48,073 nt of DNA from Bacteroidia bacterium (GTDB lineage: Bacteria; Bacteroidota; Bacteroidia; AKYH767-A; OLB10). The notes beneath the pieces were generated by a model that had not been told where the DNA came from, did not search any database, and was given only the letters and a program-made list of their open reading frames with translations. The stretch covers positions 1 to 48,073 of the forward strand of contig JABDLV010000141.1 in the NCBI GenBank assembly GCA_013001815.1, read 5' to 3'. Made by a program: the position numbers and the translations under genes. Of this stretch, positions 20,694-29,441 are shown in pieces; positions within the stretch are counted from its first letter, which is position 1; each line of letters opens with the position of its first letter.

Positions 20694-21461
20694 TTAACAA
20701 TTGTTCAAAGTTCTGAAACGGTTTACTTCAAATAAAGCAATACCCGCAGCAACAGAAACATTCAAAGATGCCGTTTTTCCTGTAATAGGTATAGCTACTT
20801 TCTTATCGCTCAATTTTAACAGCTGAGATGAAATTCCTTCTCCTTCAGAACCCAAAATTAAAGCGGTAGGACTGCAGAAATCAACATTCCCAAAACCTTC
20901 ATTGGATTTCTCTGTGCAGGATACAATTGAATAACCACAATCTTTTAAATGGTTAACCGCATCCAATAGATTACCCTCCTTACAAATGCTCACATTAAAT
21001 ATTGCGCCTGCCGAAGACTTAACAGCATCTTCATTTACTTGAGCAGATTCCGTTTGAGGAATAACAACTGCATCTACTCCAAAACATTCTGCAGATCTGG
21101 TTATTGCACCAAAATTTCGTACATCAGTAACTCTATCTAAAATAAGTATTAACGGAATTTTTCCAGACTCAAACAATTGTGGAACTAAATTTTCCAAGGA
21201 TACATATTCCACGGGAGATATAAAACACACTACCCCTTGATGCACTTTTTTGGTTAATCGATGTAACTTTTCCTGTGGAACACGATTAATAAAAATCTTA
21301 TGCTCCGTTACACATTTCATTAGTTCAGCAATCTGAGGATTTTTTATTCCCCTTTGAATAAATAATTTATCAATGCTTTTACCTGCTTCAATTGCTTCAA
21401 TTACCGGTCTTATGCCAATAATCATGTTCTTGCTCTCAGGTCTGGTTTTTTTGTACATCAT
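20694..21461 (-). CDS. rlmB: 23S rRNA G2251 2'-O-methyltransferase (SpoU family)
   Basis: IIGIRPVIEA, HQGV, LDRVTDVRNFGAI, GSEGEG, SLNVSVAAG. Confidence 0.92.
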   Translation of the reverse strand: MMYKKTRPESKNMIIGIRPVIEAIEAGKSIDKLFIQRGIKNPQIAELMKCVTEHKIFINRVPQEKLHRLTKKVHQGVVCFISPVEYVSLENLVPQLFESGKIPLILILDRVTDVRNFGAITRSAECFGVDAVVIPQTESAQVNEDAVKSSAGAIFNVSICKEGNLLDAVNHLKDCGYSIVSCTEKSNEGFGNVDFCSPTALILGSEGEGISSQLLKLSDKKVAIPITGKTASLNVSVAAGIALFEVNRFRTLNNC

Positions 21462-22702
21462 AAATTCACAATTCTTCCCTTACGCCATGTTTCAACTGCT
21501 TTGTACCACTCAAATTCATATTCAGGCTTACGTACCAATACATAATCATTTGTACTAAAAGGGTTAGATATTTTTTTAAAGGTAAAATTTATTGCAGAGG
21601 TATAGGAAGTATTAGCATAAGTCCACACTTCTGAATCACTGCTTTTGTAAATACCACTAGGAACCCCAAAAACAATATAAATCAACCCTCTATCTGTTTT
21701 CCATCCCTCCAGATATGAAGTAAAAAACTGATTTGAAGTTTGTACCCTGTTGTAATAATTCTTTATCAAAAATCGAGCACGTTCTTTGCTCCCAGCTAGC
21801 TGTAACCAATAGGCATCTATTGCACTTCTTTTATTACTGCTCTCTATTATGTTTTTGTATTCTTCTCTAGTCGTTAAATAACGCAAGGGCTCTAATAATT
21901 GATTTGCCGCTGTTAAATTCGGGAAATCATTATGCAACCTAAATAATGTTACCCCATTTTTTTGCAAAGTGTCTTTCTGAATATGATATATTCCGGGCTT
22001 CTTAAAATTCAACTCACTATTTACTTCAACCGAAAATGTTGAATCGGAAATGAAGCTAAAAATCTGAGCACCTTTTTGCGAATGTGGTGGTGCTGCCAGT
22101 GGAAATCGCCTATTATAATACCTTACCCATAGCCTTTCCGTTTCAGGATTTGCATGACTAACAACAAATGTTTCGTCTGAAGCAATATGGTTTCTGAAAA
22201 GCGGAATATTTGAATCGCTAAGTTTTAAACTAAAAAACTGCGGCAAATTTTCATTCCCTTTATTAATATCTATATAAGAAATTGATTTGCTATTTCTATT
22301 GATATCATAAATAGTAACCTTAATTAAATATGACGACAATGAGGCATTATCAAATTCTATGAAATGATACAAATCCGAATCAGCACCAGGTTTATTTTTT
22401 AGATTATAGTTTTTAGTTAATGTATCGAGTACTACTTTAGACTCGAATGAAGAGTAAGACTCAATTGTAACATCGAAGTTTGCCTCGAATACCTCTTTTT
22501 CCTTCATGTACAACAAATCATTGCTGTCAAATTTAAAATGCAACAATGATTTACCTTCTGAACTATGACTTACTTTAAAACTTGGATTTAAATAACTGGT
22601 ATTTGGCCCATATAAAAATGCCAAATTTCTATTACTAATTTTTGAACTTGAGTAACAGCCACAAAGCAGAAAAACAAACAACAGAAGTATTGTATTTTTC
22701 AT
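21458..22702 (-). CDS. GWxTD domain-containing lipoprotein
   Basis: Lipobox LCGC; EGWKTDRGLIYIVFG motif; ATGA overlap with rlmB. Confidence 0.88.
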   Translation of the reverse strand: MKNTILLLFVFLLCGCYSSSKISNRNLAFLYGPNTSYLNPSFKVSHSSEGKSLLHFKFDSNDLLYMKEKEVFEANFDVTIESYSSFESKVVLDTLTKNYNLKNKPGADSDLYHFIEFDNASLSSYLIKVTIYDINRNSKSISYIDINKGNENLPQFFSLKLSDSNIPLFRNHIASDETFVVSHANPETERLWVRYYNRRFPLAAPPHSQKGAQIFSFISDSTFSVEVNSELNFKKPGIYHIQKDTLQKNGVTLFRLHNDFPNLTAANQLLEPLRYLTTREEYKNIIESSNKRSAIDAYWLQLAGSKERARFLIKNYYNRVQTSNQFFTSYLEGWKTDRGLIYIVFGVPSGIYKSSDSEVWTYANTSYTSAINFTFKKISNPFSTNDYVLVRKPEYEFEWYKAVETWRKGRIVNL

Positions 22703-22708
22703 TTGCGT

Positions 22709-24049
22709 TTAGTCGTCCTCTTCCTTTAACAAACGATTAGTAAGACCTGTATTTATAATCTTAGACGTTTTCGCACCAAGCGTTTTTATTTTTTCAGCTC
22801 TACCTATTAAATTTCCCTTACCAGTAGTAAGCTTATTCATTGCCGAAGAATATCTGTCTTTTGTTTGGTCCATTGCATTTCCAACCTTGATTAAATCTTC
22901 AACTAGTGCTGCTAACTTATCATACATTGCACCACTTTGCCTGGCAATTTCAATGGCATTTTGGTTTTGGTCTTCGTTTCGCCATATATTAGATATGGTT
23001 TTTAAAACAGCCAGCAAAGTAGAGGGAGTAACAATAACTATATTCTTTTCAAAGGCATATTGATAAATTGAATCATCAGCATTAATCGCGCTTATGAACG
23101 CCTGCTCAATAGGTATAAATAGTAAAACAAAATCAAGCGTATTTAAATCATATAAATTCTGATAATTCTTACTACTTAAATCCTTAATATGTTTTTTAAC
23201 GGAAATTAAATGCTCTTTAATAGCAATACTTTTTTCTTCATCAGATTCTGCTCGTGTATATTTTTCATGTGCATTAAGGGAAACCTTAGAATCTATTATT
23301 AAGTTCTTGTCATCCGGTAAACGAACTATCACATCCGGCTGAACTCTATTACCCTCTTCGGTTTTACCACTCACTTGAGTTTCGTATTCTCTGCCCTTGT
23401 TCAGTCCAGACATTTCTAAGACTCGTTCTAAAACCATTTCACCCCAATTACCCTGTGTTTTCATTTCACCCTTTAATGCACGAGTCAAATTTTTTGCTTC
23501 TTCCCCTATAGATTGATTTAATTTCTGAAGATTACTAATCTGTTCCTTCAGAGTCTGATTTTCCCTTATGTTCTCCTTGTGTGTTTCATCAACCTTCTTT
23601 TCAAACTTTTCAATTTTATCTTTAAAAGGACTTAATATATCATTCAACTTAACCTTATGTTCTTCCTGCATCTTCAAGCTGTTCTTACTCACAATATCAG
23701 TAGCAATATTCTTAAACTGCTCTTTAAGCTGAACATGCATCTTATCATATTCCTGTTGCTGTTCTTTTACCCGTTCTTCTATTCCCAAGTATTTACTTTT
23801 CCAGGTAACTAAATCTTGCCCCTGTTCAATATTAATCAATCGTTCTTTCTCCAAGTCCATATGAAATTTATCTAGCTCTTGAAGTTTATCATTAAATTTA
23901 TCGGTTAAAATGTCTTTTTCTTTATCCAACTGCAATACTTGGCTTTCTATTTCTTTGATGCCCTTATTATTTAAAATTTTCATCAGCATCCACATAAATA
24001 GCATACCGCCTAATACGCTTCCAATTATATATATGTATAGTTGTTCCAT
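22709..24049 (-). CDS. rmuC: DNA recombination protein RmuC
   Basis: N-terminal TM and coiled coil; QGNWGEMVLE, PDVIVRLP, IIDSKVSL, DFVLLFIPIE. Confidence 0.95.
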   Translation of the reverse strand: MEQLYIYIIGSVLGGMLFMWMLMKILNNKGIKEIESQVLQLDKEKDILTDKFNDKLQELDKFHMDLEKERLINIEQGQDLVTWKSKYLGIEERVKEQQQEYDKMHVQLKEQFKNIATDIVSKNSLKMQEEHKVKLNDILSPFKDKIEKFEKKVDETHKENIRENQTLKEQISNLQKLNQSIGEEAKNLTRALKGEMKTQGNWGEMVLERVLEMSGLNKGREYETQVSGKTEEGNRVQPDVIVRLPDDKNLIIDSKVSLNAHEKYTRAESDEEKSIAIKEHLISVKKHIKDLSSKNYQNLYDLNTLDFVLLFIPIEQAFISAINADDSIYQYAFEKNIVIVTPSTLLAVLKTISNIWRNEDQNQNAIEIARQSGAMYDKLAALVEDLIKVGNAMDQTKDRYSSAMNKLTTGKGNLIGRAEKIKTLGAKTSKIINTGLTNRLLKEEDD

Positions 24050-24091
24050 GTAATTTGAGAATCTTAAAAATAAAAATAAAAAGTCAATCCT

Positions 24092-25858
24092 CTAGAAATA
24101 ATTTACAATTCCAAAATGCAATTTAGCATCTCTAAAAAATATGGGATTGTTAAATTGTTGGCCAATAGCGTAGTTTAAATTAAATATGCCAAGTTTAGTT
24201 TCAAATGCTATTCCTGTGCCAAATCCAATGGGATTATCATTTACAAATCCCGTTCTAGTCTCGGCTTCGTAATACGCCCCATTAGCAAACAATAAAAAAT
24301 ATGCATTCTGTTCTAATAAGTATCTATACTCTATTGTTAAAATTGAATAAGTTGTGGCCAATATAGATTCCTCATCAAATCCACGCAAAGACTTTAATCC
24401 GCCAATTCTATACAGTTGATTGCTGAAAATATCATCGCCAAGTAAAGCAGCAGAGTTAACACCAAAATTTAAAACATGGCGTTTATAAACATTCCAAAAA
24501 TAATTTGCCTTTAAATTTGCCTGGTACTGATTGCTCTTTAACAACAAACTGTCATATAACTCTTCACTAATTTTAGAATTCTGTTCTATCTTCTTTGTGC
24601 CAACAGCTACACTTAAATCCACCAACCAACCTTTTCTTGGATTAAACTTATAATCCAATTTTTCAATATTTAATCGCAAGCCATAATTTGTATTATTGAT
24701 ATCTGCCCATTCTGGCAAAACAGTTAAAGAACTAAAGTTGCTCGTAGATAGCAGAGTTGAATTATGGTACTGAACAAAAGCCTCTAAATAATTATTACCG
24801 GAAAACACATATTGAACACCAATGAGCTGCTTAAGGTCTAAGTAAGTAGTGTCATGTTTATAAATCTCAAGTTTTGCATCTAAACCAAATGGTGTAGAAA
24901 ATAAAAATGGATAATTCACCTCAACCTCCAAGTTTTGGGTCAACTTACGTGGTTGTTTCCAATGAAATTTTAGTTTTTCACCACGAGAAAATGAATTGCT
25001 CAAAAATAATTTGATTTCACCGGTTAAATTTACTTTTCCACTTTCTCTATCCGATTGCAATCCCAATATGCCATCAACTGAGCTTACACTTCTATCCTTT
25101 AAATACAAATAAACCCTTGCCTTATTGTTTCTAAAGTACACTTGGGTTTCTTTTTCAGAATCAACAAAACTCAGTTCTTTAATTCTATTTGATATTCTTC
25201 GAATAATTGATTCATTATATACATCACCAGGCTTTAAATTCAAATAACTGTAAATGTAATTTTGATTTAATTTTGAGTCCCCTTTTATTACAACACTATC
25301 AATTGTAACCAAAGTATTCTTTGTGATTTGTACATCTGCGTTAAGTTTACTATCAATAAACTGAATATCACTTAACTGAACTTCGGCAAATGGATATCCA
25401 TTATTTTCAAAGTGACTTAAAATATTATCTGATAATTTTTTTAGTCTTGAGGGACTCACACTACGATTTTCATATGCAGATTTATTGATTCCAATTGTAT
25501 TAAATACCTTATCATCTATATTACTCCCCCGAATCACTAGACCTTCATATGACTTACCAATATATAGCAAAGCCGCAGCCGAACTATCTTCCCAATTCAG
25601 AGAATCTATAGAAAATTCTAAATAACCCTTTTCATAAAAATTATTTTGAAGTGTATTAAAGTTTTTACTCAGTGTTATTGAATCACTCAACAAATTTGAT
25701 TCTTTGAAATCATTTATAATTTTTAATACACCTTTCCGTTGCTCCGGTTTGGTAAGTACAATCTTAATTTGTTTATAATTTGATTGACCTATGCATTGGG
25801 AGATGCATGCAAACAAATACACGACAGAAAACAATAGAATAGATAAGGTCCGGCTCAA
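24092..25858 (-). CDS. Omp85 superfamily (BamA/TamA-like) outer membrane protein with POTRA domains
   Basis: POTRA motifs GYLEF and NNGYPFA; barrel loop-6 motif GGLKSLRGFDE; C-terminal HFGIVNYF; TTG start overlapping the ung stop (TTGA). Confidence 0.85.
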   Translation of the reverse strand: MSRTLSILLFSVVYLFACISQCIGQSNYKQIKIVLTKPEQRKGVLKIINDFKESNLLSDSITLSKNFNTLQNNFYEKGYLEFSIDSLNWEDSSAAALLYIGKSYEGLVIRGSNIDDKVFNTIGINKSAYENRSVSPSRLKKLSDNILSHFENNGYPFAEVQLSDIQFIDSKLNADVQITKNTLVTIDSVVIKGDSKLNQNYIYSYLNLKPGDVYNESIIRRISNRIKELSFVDSEKETQVYFRNNKARVYLYLKDRSVSSVDGILGLQSDRESGKVNLTGEIKLFLSNSFSRGEKLKFHWKQPRKLTQNLEVEVNYPFLFSTPFGLDAKLEIYKHDTTYLDLKQLIGVQYVFSGNNYLEAFVQYHNSTLLSTSNFSSLTVLPEWADINNTNYGLRLNIEKLDYKFNPRKGWLVDLSVAVGTKKIEQNSKISEELYDSLLLKSNQYQANLKANYFWNVYKRHVLNFGVNSAALLGDDIFSNQLYRIGGLKSLRGFDEESILATTYSILTIEYRYLLEQNAYFLLFANGAYYEAETRTGFVNDNPIGFGTGIAFETKLGIFNLNYAIGQQFNNPIFFRDAKLHFGIVNYF

Positions 25859-26565
25859 ACCAAAATAGATTTTGCTTTATTAACGGAATTCCAGTCAATT
25901 TCTTGCATTCCATTCTTTCTCAATAATTCATTTGCCTTTGAAAAATGGCCACATCCCAAAAAGCCTTTATGAGCTGAAAATGGAGATGGATGGGTAGTTT
26001 TCAATATATAATGATTGATACCATTAATTAGTTCTTCCTTTGCCTGGGCATACCTTCCCCACAATAAAAAGACAACTCCTTTTTTCTTTTCGGAAATCTT
26101 TTTTATCACAGAATCAGTAAATATTTCCCATCCCTTATTTTGATGAGACCCTGCCTGACTGGCTCTCACGGTTAACGTGGCATTTAATAATAACACCCCT
26201 TGGTCTGCCCAACTTTCTAAATTTCCATGCTGTGGAATATGCATTCCTATATCTGCATTCAACTCTTTATAAATGTTGTTTAGACTTGGTGGAACTTTTA
26301 CATTAGAATTAACAGAAAAGCATAATCCATGAGCCTGCCCTAAACCGTGATATGGATCTTGTCCAAGAATAACCACCTTGACATTATTAAGTGGCGTATG
26401 ATTAAATGCAGAAAAAATAAATTTTCCCGGTGGGTATATAACTTGATTATTGTTTTTTTCAGTCTGCAAGAACTTTTTTAATTCTAAAAAGTAATCCTTA
26501 TTGAATTCTTCTGATAAAGCGTTTTTCCAACTCGCTTCAATTTCAGGATTTATTTTTTCTTGCAT
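25855..26565 (-). CDS. ung: Uracil-DNA glycosylase, family 1
   Basis: GQDPYH, PPSL, GVLLLN, HPSPFS. Confidence 0.97.
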   Translation of the reverse strand: MQEKINPEIEASWKNALSEEFNKDYFLELKKFLQTEKNNNQVIYPPGKFIFSAFNHTPLNNVKVVILGQDPYHGLGQAHGLCFSVNSNVKVPPSLNNIYKELNADIGMHIPQHGNLESWADQGVLLLNATLTVRASQAGSHQNKGWEIFTDSVIKKISEKKKGVVFLLWGRYAQAKEELINGINHYILKTTHPSPFSAHKGFLGCGHFSKANELLRKNGMQEIDWNSVNKAKSILV

Positions 26566-26658
26566 TGCCAAAATAATTATAGTCTAAACTATACATTTAT
26601 TAGGCATAAAAAAAACTCTCAAACAATTAACTGTCCGAAAACAAATAAAAAACAACAG

Positions 26659-28431
26659 CTATTTCTTAGGGGTATAGGTAGTACTCAAAACTTCAAATTC
26701 TGTTCTGCGATTTTTTTGGTGAGCCTCTTCTTTTTCAGCTTCGCTTCCCATTCTACTAATTTCTTTATCGGCAATTCTTAGGTCTTGCTCCCCTCTCCCT
26801 TCTGATGTTAATCTGTCTTCAGGAATTTTCTTAGATATTAAATAATCTACAACCGACTTGGCCCGCCTGTTGGACAATTTTTGGTTATATGGATCTGGCG
26901 CACGTGAATCAGTATGTGCTATTAATTTAATAGTAATGTTTGGATTCTCTTCTAATGTTCTAACTAGATCATCTAATGCAATTTTGGATTCAAATCGCAA
27001 AGTAGCCTTATCTAAATCATAAAATATTTTTGGCAAATCATATTTCTTTCCAACTACAAAAGCCTCCTTTTTAATACGAATTATTTTTTTAAAAGGTGGG
27101 TCTTTAGAAATATCCACATCTTTAAAATTAATCGTCTTTGGGATGTAATCATCCTTCAATGCAGTAATTTTGCATATTAAGTTTGAAGAAATAATATTAG
27201 TCAGTTTTCCCTTGATATCGGTAATACCGCTTGTGCTCCCATCATTACAAGTAGCAATCTTAACTAAAACAGAATCAAGTGGGTTTTCAGTTAAGCTATC
27301 TATAACAGTTATCTCAATAATATTCGGATTATTAGTTCCCTTGAAAAAATAGATGTCGTCATTACCTTTTCCACCTGGACGGTTTGAACAAAAATAGCCA
27401 CTATCACCTTCACTGAAAAAAGTTATTCCAAAATCATCTAAAGGCGAATTTATTGGATCGCCAATATTAACCGGAAAATTCCATTTTCCTAATTCACTGC
27501 GAAACGTCTTATAAATATCTAATCCTCCTAGTCCTTTATGTCCATCAGATGCAAAGTGAAGTGCATCATCAACATTAATAGTCGGAAATATTTCATTGCC
27601 TTCAGTATTTATACCCGGTCCTAGATTTTTTGCGGCACCCCAAGTACCGTCATACAATCTATACCTAACATACAAGTCCATGCCACCTATTCCACCTGGC
27701 ATATCAGAACTAAAAATAAGTCGGTTTCCGTCTTCAGATATTGTTGGGTGAGCACAACTATATTCCGGATGGTTGTATTCAAACTCATTCTTTTTATCCT
27801 TTCTCCATACACCATTCGTTTCAGTGAACGATATTATTATTAAGTTCAATGTATCCTCTGAACTCAAACTGTCATTATTTTGAGTTAAATACATTTTTTT
27901 CCCATTATTAGTGAAGGTTACAACACCATCATGATAATCTGTATTTAAAAGAGAATCTTCAAATATCCATGGAATGCATTTTTCTAAGCTCTCAGGTTTT
28001 GAAAAAGTCTGATCTTCTTTTAGATAACTGCAAAACATATCCATAAGTGGTCTATTATTATTCTTCTTTTGATATTTTATATAATTAGACCTGTTTTTAT
28101 TCGCAGATGCAAAGACAATTCTTGTGCTTACATACTCCTCTGTATCTGTTACAACTATGCTAGGACTAAAGTCATCCTCTTTAGTATTTACACTTATATT
28201 CTTTATTTCATAAGAACCGAAAATATTACTAGCATCATTTTCACCATTAACAAAATCCCCAATTATTTGCTCCTTTGCTTGTAATAGTTCATTAATCTTA
28301 CTTGTCTGCTCTTTTAGTATCTCATTTTTTTTCGCATTAATCTGTTGTGTGATTTGCTCATTACAGGAAAAAGCAAACACAGTTAGTGCTAATACTAAAT
28401 ATTTAAAATATGATACAATTCTGTTTTTCAT
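26659..28431 (-). CDS. PorE-like lipoprotein (PD40 propeller, carboxypeptidase-regulatory-like domain, OmpA_C), lacking TPR; cassette 2
   Basis: Lipobox AFSC; PD40 motifs FSSDMPGGIGGMDLY and SNRPGGKGNDDIY; OmpA HTDSR...LSNRRA...NRRTEF. Confidence 0.88.
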   Translation of the reverse strand: MKNRIVSYFKYLVLALTVFAFSCNEQITQQINAKKNEILKEQTSKINELLQAKEQIIGDFVNGENDASNIFGSYEIKNISVNTKEDDFSPSIVVTDTEEYVSTRIVFASANKNRSNYIKYQKKNNNRPLMDMFCSYLKEDQTFSKPESLEKCIPWIFEDSLLNTDYHDGVVTFTNNGKKMYLTQNNDSLSSEDTLNLIIISFTETNGVWRKDKKNEFEYNHPEYSCAHPTISEDGNRLIFSSDMPGGIGGMDLYVRYRLYDGTWGAAKNLGPGINTEGNEIFPTINVDDALHFASDGHKGLGGLDIYKTFRSELGKWNFPVNIGDPINSPLDDFGITFFSEGDSGYFCSNRPGGKGNDDIYFFKGTNNPNIIEITVIDSLTENPLDSVLVKIATCNDGSTSGITDIKGKLTNIISSNLICKITALKDDYIPKTINFKDVDISKDPPFKKIIRIKKEAFVVGKKYDLPKIFYDLDKATLRFESKIALDDLVRTLEENPNITIKLIAHTDSRAPDPYNQKLSNRRAKSVVDYLISKKIPEDRLTSEGRGEQDLRIADKEISRMGSEAEKEEAHQKNRRTEFEVLSTTYTPKK

Positions 28432-28452
28432 AACAAATGAAACTATACTTAA

Positions 28453-29412
28453 TTAAAAATATCTAATGGATTTAATTCCATAGTCTTTGATAAAATCATA
28501 ACCAAGTGTAAATTCATGAGAACCAATATTGAGGTCGGTGCAATTACAAATATTAAAGTCATAAGAATACCCTAATCTGATTTTAGGCGTGAATTGGTAA
28601 GATGTTAAAAGTGCTATTGCATCTCCGGTTCTATATGAAGATCCAACCCAAATCTTTTTATCTAGTAAAGCATTAATATTTAAATCAAACTCGACAGGAG
28701 AACCATGTACTGTTTTGATCATGATTGTTGGTTTTAATTTAATTTTCTGATTCAAATCAAAAACATAACCTGCAGCTATATAATGATGCCAACTTTCCAT
28801 ATTTACATCACTAACAACTGAATTGTCGCTTAAAGGGTCAATAGCACTTTCAATCAATCTGGGAACAGACCAACCAACATAAAAATTAGATGAGTCAGAA
28901 TAGTAAATTCCAAACCCTGCCCTGGGAACAGATTTACCCGGAGTATCTTCCAAAAATAATGGATCAACCGTTGCACCACCGCAACAATCTAAATCTGAAT
29001 AGTCCTCTTGCAATCGGCCAACACCTCCACTTAATCCAAAGGACAAAATGCTGTTATATGTTACCGGTAATTTATATGCAAATGTTCCATTAACCGTAAA
29101 CAGTTTTGTAATTCCTATTTTTTCATTTAACACAGATAATCCAACTCCAATATTTTTTGATTTAACCGGTGAATGAATAGAAAATGTTTGTGTTTTTGGT
29201 GCACCCTCAATTCCAGTCCATTGATTTCTATACAACAATACGGATGATATAAAATCGTGAGAACCCGCATAAGCCGGATTGATGAACATTTCATTATACA
29301 TATACTGCGTAAACTGCTCATCATATTGTGCACTTGCATTTGATGTTACAAGCACGAATAATATAATTGCGCAAAGAGCAACCTTTAATTTTCCGAATAT
29401 TTTATACATCAT
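28453..29412 (-). CDS. T9SS PorP/SprF family outer membrane protein; cassette 2
   Basis: Q-x4-TQYM...INPAYAG, YRNQWTG, GYSYD, GSHE, C-terminal IRYF; start uncertain (29409-29439). Confidence 0.92.
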   Translation of the reverse strand: MMYKIFGKLKVALCAIILFVLVTSNASAQYDEQFTQYMYNEMFINPAYAGSHDFISSVLLYRNQWTGIEGAPKTQTFSIHSPVKSKNIGVGLSVLNEKIGITKLFTVNGTFAYKLPVTYNSILSFGLSGGVGRLQEDYSDLDCCGGATVDPLFLEDTPGKSVPRAGFGIYYSDSSNFYVGWSVPRLIESAIDPLSDNSVVSDVNMESWHHYIAAGYVFDLNQKIKLKPTIMIKTVHGSPVEFDLNINALLDKKIWVGSSYRTGDAIALLTSYQFTPKIRLGYSYDFNICNCTDLNIGSHEFTLGYDFIKDYGIKSIRYF

Positions 29413-29441
29413 AATTATTTTTTTCAAATAACACATCAATT

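Noticed and set aside
26578-26593. TATAGT-CTAA-ACTATA inverted repeat upstream of ung
   Set aside because: Only 6 bp and AT-rich, expected by chance; no U tract or second copy seen.
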